Shown here piece by piece: positions 36,124 to 46,171 of a DNA stretch of 64,000 nucleotides. The stretch is from a bacterium (GTDB lineage Bacteria; UBA8248), in assembly GCA_965213625.1 (NCBI GenBank), contig CBDBZU010000004.1, positions 2,407,356-2,471,355 of the forward strand, given 5' to 3'. A model generated the notes under the pieces. It was not told the DNA's origin, ran no database searches, and was given only the letters and a program-made list of their open reading frames with translations. The position numbers were made by a program, and so were the translations under genes. Within the stretch, counting starts at the first letter, position 1, and each line of letters begins with the position of its first letter.

Positions 36124-37095
36124 GTGTATAGATACACGATCAAGAGAATCCTGCTGATGTTCCCGACGCTGCTGGGTGCAGCGGTGCTGGTGTTCTTCAT
36201 GCTTCGCCTCATACCGGGTGACGTGTGCGAACTCCGCATGGCCGGCACGGGTATGTTTGTTGACAAGGAAGCGATAGCGACGTGCCAGCAGAACCTGGGC
36301 ATCGATGCGCCCATCTACGTGCAGTTCATCGACTTCATCACAGGGTTCTTCACCTTCGATCTGGGGGAATCCATGTGGACGGGCAAGCCAATCCTGCATG
36401 AAATCGGCCTGCGCTTCGAACTCTCTCTGCAAGTAGCCATCATGGCGACGCTCACGGCCATTCTCATCGCCATTCCACTCGGCACAATCTCGGCCATCAA
36501 GCAGGATACTTGGATCGACTACGTCGTGCGCACGTTCAGCATCGCAGGCATCGCCATGCCTTCCTTCTGGCTGGGCATCCTGATTATTCTCGGCCTCTTG
36601 ATCATGACGCAAAAATTTTTCGGCGACCCCTGGATGCCGCCGATTCATTACACCCCGATATGGGAAGACCCGGTGGCGAACATATCTCAGTTGATATGGC
36701 CGGCCGTCGCGACGGGCTATCGGTATTCGGCCGTCGCCACGCGCATGACGCGCTCGGCCCTTTTAGAGGTTTTGCGCGAGGATTACGTGCGTACCGCCCG
36801 AGCGAAAGGGCTGCTCGAGAAACTCATCATCAACCGCCACGCGCTCAAGAATTCACTTCTGCCCGTGGCGACCGTCATCGGCCTGGAGTTCGCCTTCCTG
36901 ATGGGTGGGCTTGTGGTGACGGAGCAGGTCTTCAACCTGAACGGTTTGGGGAAACTCTTTGTCGAGTCGGTGACGAACCACGACTACACCATGACGCAGT
37001 CGCTCGTCATGCTCGTGGCCGTCGTCTTCATTTTTACGAACCTGTTCATCGATATCCTCTATGCGTGGCTCGACCCGCGCATACGCTACAGCTAG
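36124..37095 (+). CDS. Dpp/Opp-type ABC permease (B-type)
   Basis: 'YTIKRILLMFPTLLG' N-terminus and the EAA-loop region 'VLREDYVRTARAKG'. GTG start. Confidence 0.85.
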   Translation: MYRYTIKRILLMFPTLLGAAVLVFFMLRLIPGDVCELRMAGTGMFVDKEAIATCQQNLGIDAPIYVQFIDFITGFFTFDLGESMWTGKPILHEIGLRFELSLQVAIMATLTAILIAIPLGTISAIKQDTWIDYVVRTFSIAGIAMPSFWLGILIILGLLIMTQKFFGDPWMPPIHYTPIWEDPVANISQLIWPAVATGYRYSAVATRMTRSALLEVLREDYVRTARAKGLLEKLIINRHALKNSLLPVATVIGLEFAFLMGGLVVTEQVFNLNGLGKLFVESVTNHDYTMTQSLVMLVAVVFIFTNLFIDILYAWLDPRIRYS

Positions 37096-37105
37096 GAGTT
37101 GCGCC

Positions 37106-38008
37106 ATGGCGTCACCGAGTGATCTCGCCGTATCCGAGATGGATTTCGATGTCGTTCCCGAACGATCATGGGTCGACAAAATAAAGGATACGGCGCGGAA
37201 AAAGCCCCTCGGCGCGGTGAGCGCATGCGCCGTCCTCGTAATGATCCTCCTGGCCGCTTTCGCGAACGTGATCACCTTCTACGACCCGGTGCAGAACGCC
37301 TTCGACAGCATGCACGTCGCCCCGAGCGTCACGCACTGGTTCGGGACGGATCAGTTCGGACGCGATATTTTTACGCGCATCGTTTTCGGCGCCAGAACGG
37401 CGCTGTTCGTCGGGTTTTCGGCCTCGATTCTCGGCTCCACAGCAGGCCTCATCCTCGGCGTTGGGAGTGCTTATTTCGGTGGACGCTTCGACCTCATATT
37501 CCAGCGCTTCATGGACATCTTCATCTCATTCCCGCTCATCATCATGGCGCTCTCGGTGGTCTCGATCTTCGGAACGGGGACGCAGAACGTGATTTTCGCC
37601 ATCACGATTCCCTTAATACCCAGATGCGCCCGCGTGGTGCGCTCGAGCGCGCTCTCGATACGGGAAATTCCCTATGTGGATGCCGCGCGAGCGCTCGGCT
37701 TCGCACACGTTCGCATCATCTCCCGGCACATGATTCCCAACGTCATGGCGCCTTATCTCATTATGCTCACTTCTTTCCTGGGGCAGGCGATCCTGCTCGA
37801 AGCCTCGCTCTCCTACCTGGGACTCGGCGTACAGGAACCCACCGCCGCCTGGGGACTGATGCTTCAGGGAGGTGCTGAGGAATACGCAGAGAGCGCGCCG
37901 TGGATTCCCGTATTCCCGGGATTGGCCATCACCGCCGCCGTCTTCGCCTTCAACCTATTCGGCGACGCCGTACGCGACACGCTCGACCCCAGACTCCGCT
38001 CCGAATAA
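37106..38008 (+). CDS. Dpp/Opp-type ABC permease (C-type)
   Basis: 'HWFGTDQFGRDIFTRI' and 'REIPYVDAARALG'. AGGAG lies upstream of the ATG at 37106. Confidence 0.85.
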   Translation: MASPSDLAVSEMDFDVVPERSWVDKIKDTARKKPLGAVSACAVLVMILLAAFANVITFYDPVQNAFDSMHVAPSVTHWFGTDQFGRDIFTRIVFGARTALFVGFSASILGSTAGLILGVGSAYFGGRFDLIFQRFMDIFISFPLIIMALSVVSIFGTGTQNVIFAITIPLIPRCARVVRSSALSIREIPYVDAARALGFAHVRIISRHMIPNVMAPYLIMLTSFLGQAILLEASLSYLGLGVQEPTAAWGLMLQGGAEEYAESAPWIPVFPGLAITAAVFAFNLFGDAVRDTLDPRLRSE

Positions 38009-38132
38009 TTTCATACTGGCCGCATCTTGTTCTTTACGACAGGAGGCGTACGCCTTTTATGATTTCGTGAAACGGCTCTTACGGAACGGGTGATGGACTA
38101 GAGGTGAAGCGCGCCGCGCGTGGGAGTACTCC

Positions 38133-38648
38133 TCAAAGGTTCTTGAGTTGCCGGTTGCGCCTGCGCTCTTTCTTGGAGGCGCGCCTGGGGTTTCCCTTCT
38201 TCTTCGTGTCGCGCTTAGGCGTCCTGGTCGGCTCATCCTCCGGCGCGTCACCTTCCATGAAGGCCGCCTGGTAGAGGAGATCGCGAAACTCGCCCGTGCG
38301 CATGATCGCAGAGGCGAAGGGCGCGGCCGCCTCGCCGAGGGCCCTGTCCGAGGTGACGAGAACGGCGCCCTTGTAGTGGTCTTTCAAGAGGCGCAGGATG
38401 AGCGCGTCTGCGATTTCGTGCCTTGAGAAGAGCACTTCAATTCCGCCCGCGTTTTTTCCACCTCCATGATCATGATGGGATTTACCGTCGAATACGACGG
38501 TGATTCGTGGATTGACGACGGAATTTCTGCGGTAGCTCCGGAGCATTTCGAGCAAGCCCTCGCGCCCAGCTTCCAAATCCTGATGGAGAACGCGCCTGAG
38601 TTCGGGGATGGCGGGAATGAGATTGTATCCGTCGATGACGATGCGCAT
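38133..38648 (-). CDS. NYN-domain (YacP/Rae1-like) predicted RNase with basic C-terminal tail
   Basis: 'MRIVIDGYNLI...VVFDG...VLFSRHEIADALI...VLVTSD' is the YacP-like PIN/NYN pattern. The tail is 'KKKGNPRRASKKERRRNRQLKNL'. Confidence 0.65.
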   Translation of the reverse strand: MRIVIDGYNLIPAIPELRRVLHQDLEAGREGLLEMLRSYRRNSVVNPRITVVFDGKSHHDHGGGKNAGGIEVLFSRHEIADALILRLLKDHYKGAVLVTSDRALGEAAAPFASAIMRTGEFRDLLYQAAFMEGDAPEDEPTRTPKRDTKKKGNPRRASKKERRRNRQLKNL

Positions 38649-38666
38649 GTCTACCCGGCAACTCCC

Positions 38667-39491
38667 TTAAAAGGGCTGGAAGAGGACGTCCATGAGCGCA
38701 GCCGCTTTTTGCGCGTCACCCTCGATACGAAGGGATCCATCCGCGATTTTCCGCGCGCGATCCGAACGCCCCGCGCACAGGAGCACCATGTCGCTTCCAG
38801 ATGCGGAAAGGACGGCGTCGGGGGAGTCGGAGGGACTCTCAAGGACTGATGCTTCGCCACCGGCTATCGACATTTCCCACGCCGCAACCGGCTCGCTCGT
38901 CTCGAAGCGGAACACGCCCGCAGGCCCGGTTGCGCCCGAGCGGTTGAAGTACAGGGGAAGTCTCGTTTCGAGAATCTCGACGAGCGCGCCCAGCGATTCG
39001 GTCTCGATCGGCGCATCCGGGTCGTTTTCTAAATCCCAGCCGTGGAGCGCAACTTCATACAGCCGTTGAGCGGGGAAGGTGCGCACTTTCGTGTGGCCCT
39101 TCCGGTGCCAAAGGTCGCGGTCCAGGTCGCCGGTTTCCAGGCGTTCGATTTCGGCCTGGAGGTCGTCCTGGCTTTTCTGTATCCAATCGATGCGTTCCAG
39201 CGGGGCCATGGCGATGGATTTGCGGGTGATTTCTTCTCGCGCGGCCTGAAATTTCGCAGGCGTCTCGGCTCCAAGTGAGAGGATGACCTCGCCCCGGCGC
39301 GCCGCCCGGATGCGCTCGGCATAGGAGATGGCTCCTCCCGTCATATGGCCGACGAGTTGGGCCGCGTTCCATCCGGGGCAGAAAGTGGGGCTCGCCCATT
39401 CGGCGTCAGAGAGAGCGCGAAGCTGCACGATGAAGCGCGCGTTCTCGTGCGCCAGCCAGGGTATCGGGGGGAGAAGGGGAGCGTTGTTCAA
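38667..39491 (-). CDS. DinB/maleylpyruvate-isomerase-N-terminal-family (mycothiol-dependent-type) protein
   Basis: 'SPTFCPGWNAAQLVGHMTGG' is typical of the TIGR03083-like metal-binding N-domain, followed by an SCP2-like C-terminus. Confidence 0.65.
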   Translation of the reverse strand: MNNAPLLPPIPWLAHENARFIVQLRALSDAEWASPTFCPGWNAAQLVGHMTGGAISYAERIRAARRGEVILSLGAETPAKFQAAREEITRKSIAMAPLERIDWIQKSQDDLQAEIERLETGDLDRDLWHRKGHTKVRTFPAQRLYEVALHGWDLENDPDAPIETESLGALVEILETRLPLYFNRSGATGPAGVFRFETSEPVAAWEMSIAGGEASVLESPSDSPDAVLSASGSDMVLLCAGRSDRARKIADGSLRIEGDAQKAAALMDVLFQPF

Positions 39492-39590
39492 TTCGAACTC
39501 GCCAGGAGCAAGAAAATCGCCCCCAGAAACCGGGGGCGATGAAGAGATAACATGCTAGCTTGAGGAATGCGCACGCCCGTAGCGTACGCG

Positions 39591-40472
39591 CTATTTGCCC
39601 GAAGCGCGAATCCAGGCCTTGCCGATGGCGCGCGCGGTGTATACGCCCGCCAGATGACGTCTGAAGTCCGCTCCGGCGTAAAAATCATCGAGTGCGTCTA
39701 CGCCTTCACCGGCCCCCGCAGCCGCTTTTCGGATCGATTCCGCACTCGGCGCGCTGCCCATGAGGGCGTTTTCGACACTCGTGGCTCGATACGCTGCTGC
39801 GGCTACGCCCGTCACGCCGACGCGGATGGAGGCGACCACCCCGTTTCCGTCCAGCGCGAGTCGGGCCGCCACGCCGCACACCGCAAAGCCGCTGGCTTGC
39901 TGCGCCGCCTTGAGATACGCGCTTGAGCCCCGTACGGCCGAAGCTCGTATGCGGACGGAGGTGATAATCTCGCCCGCGCGTAGGGCCGTCTCGTATGCTC
40001 CGGTGAAGAAGTCATCGGCGCCGATGACGCGCTCGCCGTCCGCGCCCACGGCGGTGATTTCCGCTCCCGCCGCCAGCACGACCGCCGGGTAGTCCGCGGC
40101 GGGGTCGGCATGGGCGAGGGAGCCGCCCAGCGTCCCGCGGTTTCTCACCTGTACGTCGCCGATGGCGCCGGCCGCTTCGACGAGGGAGTGGCATTTCCCC
40201 CGAACCAGGGGTGACGCCTCGATTTCGGCGTGGGTCGTCATCGCGCCGATGCGAACTCCGCCCTCTGCTCCCTCTGATTCGGAGATGCCCGAGAGGTCCT
40301 CAAGGCCCGCGACGTCGATAAGGACGCCCGGATCGGCGAGCCTCGCCTTCATCACGGGCAGAAGGCTATGGCCTCCGGCGAGGACCCGTGCGTCTTCTCC
40401 ATGCTCCCTGAGTTGCGCGAGAGCGTCTTCTAGCGATTGTGGTCGAACGTAGTCGAAAGAAGCTGGAATCAT
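39591..40472 (-). CDS. molybdo-flavoenzyme FAD-binding medium subunit (CoxM/CutM-like)
   Basis: 'FDYVRPQSLEDAL' and 'LAGGHSLLPVMK'. The start ATG 40472 lies 2 nt after the large-subunit stop. Confidence 0.85.
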   Translation of the reverse strand: MIPASFDYVRPQSLEDALAQLREHGEDARVLAGGHSLLPVMKARLADPGVLIDVAGLEDLSGISESEGAEGGVRIGAMTTHAEIEASPLVRGKCHSLVEAAGAIGDVQVRNRGTLGGSLAHADPAADYPAVVLAAGAEITAVGADGERVIGADDFFTGAYETALRAGEIITSVRIRASAVRGSSAYLKAAQQASGFAVCGVAARLALDGNGVVASIRVGVTGVAAAAYRATSVENALMGSAPSAESIRKAAAGAGEGVDALDDFYAGADFRRHLAGVYTARAIGKAWIRASGK

Positions 40473-40474
40473 AC

Positions 40475-42802
40475 TTAAGCCCTCTTCTCGGCGATGGCGC
40501 GCCACAGTTTTTCGGGGCGCAGCGGCATGTCGATGTGCGTGATACCGAATGGCGAAAGCGCGTCGAGCACGGCGTTCACCACGGCGGGTGTGGAGCCGAT
40601 GGTGCCGGCCTCACCCACGCCCTTCGCGCCCAGCGGGTTCACGTCCGTCGGCGTGGTGGTGTGCAGAAGCTCGAAGCGTGGCAGCCTGTTCGCCTTAGGC
40701 AAAGCGTAGTGCATGAACGATGCGTTCAGCGGCTGCCCGCCCTCGCCGTAAATCATCTCTTCTTCCAGCGCCTGTCCCAACCCCTGGGCGATGCCGCCGT
40801 GGATCTGCCCGTGCACGAGCAGCGGGTTGATCATGTTGCCCACGTCATCCACCGCCACGTAGCGGAGAATTTCCACATCGCCCGTTTCCGGGTCGACCTC
40901 GGCCAGTACGATATGCGTCCCGAAGGGGAAGGTGAAGTTGCTCGGCTCAAAGAAGTGGGTTTCCTCGAGGCCCGGATCGGTGTCTTCGGGAAGCGCGATG
41001 GCACTGTAGGCCATCATCGCGATCTCGGCGAAGCCGGCCGATTTCTCGGGTGCGCTCCTGACGAATACTTTGCCGTCCTCGAATTCGATGTCGTTCTCGT
41101 CCGCCTCGAATTCCATCGCCGCGAACTTGGCCATCTTGGCTCGCACCTTGTCGCGCGCGTAGACGACCGCCGAGCCGCCGACCACGGTACCCCGGCTGCC
41201 GAAAGTGCCCACGCCGTAGGGCACGACGTCGGTGTCTCCATGGATGACGGTCACGTCGTTCGTGTCGATGCCGAGACCGTCCGCCACGATCTGGGCGAAT
41301 GACGTCTGTTGGCCCTGCCCGTGGGGCGATGCGCCCGAAAAAACGGTGGCCTTGCCGGTGGGCTCCACGCGTACCCGCGCGCTCTCCCAGCCCTGGCCGC
41401 CCAGTGCGGCGGAGGGTCCCATGCCGCAAATCTCGACGTAGGTCGAAAAGCCGATTCCCAGATATCTGCCGTCTTTTCTGGCTTCTTCCTGCTGCGTGCG
41501 CATGGCGGAGTAATCCGCCGCTTCGAGCGCGAGGTCGAGCGCCTGATGGTAATCCCCGCTGTCGTAGCTGAGGCCGGCGGACGTGCTGAAGGGGAACTCG
41601 GATTTGTCCGGGAAATTTTTGCGCCTGATTTCCACGGGGTCCATGCCCAGCTCTATCGCCGCGATGTCCATCATGCGTTCCAGGATATATGTCGCCTCGG
41701 GACGGCCAGCGCCCCGGTAGGCGTCGGTCGCCACCTTGTTGGTGAACACGCCGGTGGCGTTCATCTCGATGTTCTCGATTTTGTAGGGGCCGGGCAGCAT
41801 CAAACCCGTCAGCGTAAAGATGGCCACGGTGAGCAACTGGTAGTAGGCCCCGCAATCGGCGAGCACGTTGTAGCGGAACGCGGTGATGGTGCCGTCGTTC
41901 TTGAGGCCCATTTCGACATCGCCCACCTGGCCGCGCCCGTGGATGGTGGTCATGAAGTTCTCGGAACGGCTTTCCACCCACTTGATCGGCACGCCGAGTT
42001 CGCGCGAGACGAAGGCGGCCAGCGCCTCTTCGCGGTAGATGTTGAGCTTGCTGCCGAAGCCGCCGCCTACTTCTGGGGCGATGACGCGCATGCGGTTTTC
42101 CGGCATCCCGATCTGGAGCGCCACCAGCGTGCGCACCTTGTGCGGCACCTGGGTGGAGGTCCAGATCGTCAACTTGTCCTCACCGGGGAGGTAGTGGGCC
42201 AGAACGCCTCTGGGCTCGAGTGCCAGCGGGGCGACTCTGGCGTTGGTGATTTTCTCCTTGACGATGACGTCGGCCTCACTCATGCCGGCTTCCACGTCGC
42301 CGCCTGCGATTCCCCACTTGAACGCCTCGTTGCTCTCATAGGCGTCGTGCACCTTGGGAGAGCCGGACTCGATAGCAGCTTCCAGGTCCACCACGGCGTC
42401 GAGCGGTTCGTAGTCGATATCAACCAAGTCCGCCGCGTCGCGCGCGCCGTAGCGCGTCTCGGCAATCACCGCGACGACTGGCTCGCCCGCGAACAGCGTC
42501 TGTTTATCGGCCAGTATCGGCTGCTCGGGAACCTTGGCGTCGGGTACGAGGCCGCCCACGGGAACGGGGCCGATGCCCTTTGTTTCCTCGTGCGTGTAGA
42601 CGGCGACGACGCCTTCCGCCGCGGCCGCCTTGGAGACGTCGACCGAGCGTATATTGGCTTTGCCGTACGGGCTTCTCACCACCGCCATGTGCAGGGTGCC
42701 GGTTGGGTTGAAATCGTCCACGTAGTGGGCGAGGCCTTGAATGAGACGCGGATCGTCTCGTCTTTTGATTGGTGCGCCGATGAATTTGGGTGCCTGGGCC
42801 AT
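40475..42802 (-). CDS. xanthine-dehydrogenase-family molybdopterin large subunit, form-II CoxL-like
   Basis: 775 aa. The active-site loop reads 'DAYRGAGRPEA', which is the AYRGAGR signature of form II rather than the form I AYxCSFR. Confidence 0.85.
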   Translation of the reverse strand: MAQAPKFIGAPIKRRDDPRLIQGLAHYVDDFNPTGTLHMAVVRSPYGKANIRSVDVSKAAAAEGVVAVYTHEETKGIGPVPVGGLVPDAKVPEQPILADKQTLFAGEPVVAVIAETRYGARDAADLVDIDYEPLDAVVDLEAAIESGSPKVHDAYESNEAFKWGIAGGDVEAGMSEADVIVKEKITNARVAPLALEPRGVLAHYLPGEDKLTIWTSTQVPHKVRTLVALQIGMPENRMRVIAPEVGGGFGSKLNIYREEALAAFVSRELGVPIKWVESRSENFMTTIHGRGQVGDVEMGLKNDGTITAFRYNVLADCGAYYQLLTVAIFTLTGLMLPGPYKIENIEMNATGVFTNKVATDAYRGAGRPEATYILERMMDIAAIELGMDPVEIRRKNFPDKSEFPFSTSAGLSYDSGDYHQALDLALEAADYSAMRTQQEEARKDGRYLGIGFSTYVEICGMGPSAALGGQGWESARVRVEPTGKATVFSGASPHGQGQQTSFAQIVADGLGIDTNDVTVIHGDTDVVPYGVGTFGSRGTVVGGSAVVYARDKVRAKMAKFAAMEFEADENDIEFEDGKVFVRSAPEKSAGFAEIAMMAYSAIALPEDTDPGLEETHFFEPSNFTFPFGTHIVLAEVDPETGDVEILRYVAVDDVGNMINPLLVHGQIHGGIAQGLGQALEEEMIYGEGGQPLNASFMHYALPKANRLPRFELLHTTTPTDVNPLGAKGVGEAGTIGSTPAVVNAVLDALSPFGITHIDMPLRPEKLWRAIAEKRA

Positions 42803-42805
42803 CTC

Positions 42806-43288
42806 TTATTCCCTCATCTGAGCCGCCGCCGCGGATATGGCGTCGACGATGTTTTGATAACCCGTGCAGCGGCATATGTTGCCTTCGATGCCGTGCCTGA
42901 TTTCCTCGTCCGTCGGATCGGAGTTGGTCGCAATGAGCTGGTTCGCCGTCAGGATCATGCCCGGTGTGCAGAAGCCGCATTGCAATCCGTGTTTTTCCCA
43001 GAACTGCTCTTGAAGCGGATGGAGCTGATCCCCATTGGCGAGTCCCTCGATGGTCGTGACCGCGCAGCCATCCGCCTGCGCGGCCAGGACAGTGCAGCTT
43101 TTCACCGCCTTGCCGTCCATCAGGACGGTGCATGCTCCGCAAATCGAGGTTTCACACGCGATGTGCGTGCCTGTCAGGCCGGCGTCATCGCGCAACAGGT
43201 GAACAAGAAGGGTTCTGGGTTCCACGTCGAACGTCCGGCTCTCGCCGTTGATGCTGATATTGATTTCCAAGGTCTTCGGGCCCCCCAC
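42806..43288 (-). CDS. (2Fe-2S)-binding small subunit (CoxS-like)
   Basis: 'CETSICGACTV' and 'QCGFCTPGM...CRCTGY' are the two [2Fe-2S] motifs. Confidence 0.9.
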   Translation of the reverse strand: MGGPKTLEINISINGESRTFDVEPRTLLVHLLRDDAGLTGTHIACETSICGACTVLMDGKAVKSCTVLAAQADGCAVTTIEGLANGDQLHPLQEQFWEKHGLQCGFCTPGMILTANQLIATNSDPTDEEIRHGIEGNICRCTGYQNIVDAISAAAAQMRE

Positions 43289-43512
43289 GCATGAAAAAAA
43301 GTTCGAAGCGAATCCCCGATATGGGAGTCTATCGCCTCACCGAAGAATTGCGTTCCTCCACGATATGATCGAGTGAAAACATTATTGATGATAGGGCGAG
43401 GCCGTGTCAAGACGAAACTTTTTGAGGGCGGGAGCCGGGGTGTTTCGAGCCTCTCATCGTCTTTCGGGGAAAATGCGTGTAGGATACCTCTATCTCGCCG
43501 CCTGAACAGGAT

Positions 43513-44640
43513 ATGACAATGGCCCACGCAGGTTTCGCCACGACAGAGGGCACGAAAAGCTACGCAGAGGCCCATTCACCGGTCTGTCATCCCGATCATT
43601 ACAGGCAGCTGAACGGCCTTTGGCTCTCCTCCATCGGGGTCGGCACCTATCTCGGAGAAGCGGACGAGGCGACCGACGCCGCTTATCGAGAATCCGTGGC
43701 CGCCGTCGTCCGCGGCGGTTTCAACGTCATCGACACGGCGGTGAACTACCGCTTCCAGCGCAGCGAGAGGAACATCCGCGCAGCGCTGGACGATCTGTTT
43801 GCGGCAGGCGAGGTGAGCAGGGATGCGCTGGTCATATCCACCAAGGGAGGGTTTATCCCCTTCGACACTCATCCACCCACCGGGCAGGCGGATTTTACCG
43901 AGTACATGAGGAAAACCTATTTCGAGCCCGGGGTTTGCACGCCCGAGGATATCGTTGCGAACTGCCACTGCATGACGCCTGCGTATATCAGACACGAACT
44001 CGACGCGAGTCTCGCCAATTTAGGGTTGGATACCATCGACATCTACTACGTCCACAATCCCGAAACGCAGCTTCAGGAAGTCTCGCGCGAGGTTTTCCTG
44101 AGCAGGCTCAAGGAAGCCTTCGAGGCGCTCGAGGGCGCCGTGGCCGAGGGGAAGATCAGAAGCTACGGCACGGCCACCTGGAACGGGTATCGCATGGAGC
44201 CGGGTAAGGGGGAGTATCTCTCGCTGGCTGAGGTGCTCGGAGCGGCGCAAGCCGCGGGCGGTGAGAATCATCACTTCAGGGTCGTTCAGCTGCCGCTGAA
44301 TCTGGGCATGCCCGAGGCTTTCTCCAAGCCAAACCAGAGCCTAAACGGCGAGACGACGTGCTTTCTCGCCGCCGCCGCCCAAAGAGGCGTCACCGTCATG
44401 ACGAGCGGCTCGATACTCCAGGGACGCGCCGCCGAGGGGCTTCCTCCCATAATAGGGGAGGTGTTCCCGGGGTTTTCCACCGACGGGCAGCGCGCCATAC
44501 AGTTTACCCGCAGCGCGCCCGGCGTGGCCGTCGCTCTTGTAGGTATGCGGCAGATGGACCATGTCGTCCAGAACATGGAAGTGGCCCAGTCCCCGCCCGC
44601 TCCCTTTGAGGATTTCATCCGCCTGTTCCGCGAAGAATAG
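43513..44640 (+). CDS. aldo/keto reductase
   Basis: 'GFNVIDTAVNY' and 'IDIYYVHNP' AKR motifs in a 375-aa protein. Confidence 0.75.
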   Translation: MTMAHAGFATTEGTKSYAEAHSPVCHPDHYRQLNGLWLSSIGVGTYLGEADEATDAAYRESVAAVVRGGFNVIDTAVNYRFQRSERNIRAALDDLFAAGEVSRDALVISTKGGFIPFDTHPPTGQADFTEYMRKTYFEPGVCTPEDIVANCHCMTPAYIRHELDASLANLGLDTIDIYYVHNPETQLQEVSREVFLSRLKEAFEALEGAVAEGKIRSYGTATWNGYRMEPGKGEYLSLAEVLGAAQAAGGENHHFRVVQLPLNLGMPEAFSKPNQSLNGETTCFLAAAAQRGVTVMTSGSILQGRAAEGLPPIIGEVFPGFSTDGQRAIQFTRSAPGVAVALVGMRQMDHVVQNMEVAQSPPAPFEDFIRLFREE

Positions 44641-44755
44641 TTTCAGAAAAAAATCTCCCGCCGGCCCTTTTCCAGGCCCATGCTCTTCCCATAGAATGCG
44701 CGGCGAATCTCGACACTACGCTTCTCGACAGCATTCATTCCTAGATGGAGGAAAC

Positions 44756-46030
44756 ATGCGCAGACCCTCATATCACCCAAACCCCATACGCGGCGGCGGC
44801 AACGACGCCTACACCGGAGTGGACCACGTACTCACCGAACCCTGGGAAGAAGAGGCGCACAACGTCCGCCTCGTCGCCCATTCTGACTTGAACGGCTGGG
44901 GCGACGCCTTCCAGATTCAGGTGAGCGGCGGCATCTGTTACGTCGCGGCCTCGGGCGTGAACGGCCACGACGGCATGACGATTCTGGACGTCAAGGACCC
45001 GGCGAATCCCAAGATCATCAACCAGCTCGTCGACAGCCCCGCTGCGCGCACGCACAAGGTGCTCCGTATCAACGACGAGGTGCTGCTCACGAACTCCGAA
45101 CTCAGGCCCGCCCTGCGTGAGCAGTACCCCGACGCCATCGGCGGCCTGCGCATTTTCGACAACTGCGACCCGTTCCACCCAAAATTCGTGAACTACGTGG
45201 AAACGGATGGGTTCGGCATTCACAGGCCGATCTATGACCGAAAGCGCCAGCTTCTCTACAGTTCTGGCTTCAAGGACGGCTATGCGGGCAAGGTGCTCCT
45301 CGTTCATGACATGAAGGACCCCTGGGCGCCCGAGTTCATCGGCATGGGCCACGTCCCCGGCCAGAAAGACGGCGAAGAACCCTCCTGGGACCCCGAGATC
45401 GTGGGCGACGGCGGGTGGATTCACGAGGGTAACCCCTGGGGTAACTACGTGACGGCGGGCTATTGGGACGCCGGCATCGCGCTCTTCGATCTGACCGACC
45501 CGACGAAGCCCGAACTCATGTGGCGCCACAACCCGCATGAGACGCATGGCTGGGCGGGCTGCTACCATAGTTTCATTGTGCCGGAGGGGTCGGAATTCGG
45601 CATCGTGACGCAGGAGACCACCACGGTGAACTGCGACGACCCGCCCGCGTTCGTGACTTTCTACGATTTGAGGAACATCCACGAGCCGCTGCCGGTGAGC
45701 ACGTTCATGCCCTATGAGATCGACCCGATCGAGATGCGCCCCCTCGATGATAAATGGAACAAGACGGGCTCGCGCCACGGCGCGCACAACATCTGGCTCG
45801 ACATGACGAAGGACGACCTCATGTATATCACCTGGTTCAACGCGGGCCTCCGCGTGGTGGACTGGTCGAATCCGTTCCGTCCCAAGGAGGTGGGCTACTA
45901 CATCCCCGCCGGCACGAAGGAGCGCTGCTGCCCGCAGAGCAACGACGTGCAGGTGGACAAGGACACGGGCCTCATCTACATGGCCGACCGCTGGGGGCTG
46001 GGTCTCCACATCATGGAGTACACGGGCTAA
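44756..46030 (+). CDS. LVIVD-repeat beta-propeller-like protein
   Basis: The ATG at 44756 has GGAGGA upstream. Recurrent hydrophobic-x-D strands are present (MTILDV, LLVHDM, IALFDL, VTFYDL, LRVVDW, LIYMADR). Confidence 0.55.
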   Translation: MRRPSYHPNPIRGGGNDAYTGVDHVLTEPWEEEAHNVRLVAHSDLNGWGDAFQIQVSGGICYVAASGVNGHDGMTILDVKDPANPKIINQLVDSPAARTHKVLRINDEVLLTNSELRPALREQYPDAIGGLRIFDNCDPFHPKFVNYVETDGFGIHRPIYDRKRQLLYSSGFKDGYAGKVLLVHDMKDPWAPEFIGMGHVPGQKDGEEPSWDPEIVGDGGWIHEGNPWGNYVTAGYWDAGIALFDLTDPTKPELMWRHNPHETHGWAGCYHSFIVPEGSEFGIVTQETTTVNCDDPPAFVTFYDLRNIHEPLPVSTFMPYEIDPIEMRPLDDKWNKTGSRHGAHNIWLDMTKDDLMYITWFNAGLRVVDWSNPFRPKEVGYYIPAGTKERCCPQSNDVQVDKDTGLIYMADRWGLGLHIMEYTG

Positions 46031-46125
46031 GTTTCATCATTGCCTGCCCGGCGGTGACACGGATGTGCGGCATCGTTTTCACCTGATTGAGGACGCGGGC
46101 AGTTACTGAATTTTCGTTGGAAGAA

Positions 46126-46171
46126 GGGCCGCGGAGCGAGAGATTCGATTCTCACGCCCGCGGCCCTTTTT
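46126..46171 (+). terminator. rho-independent terminator
   Basis: GGGCCGCGG ... CCGCGGCCC followed by TTTTT. Confidence 0.7.
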
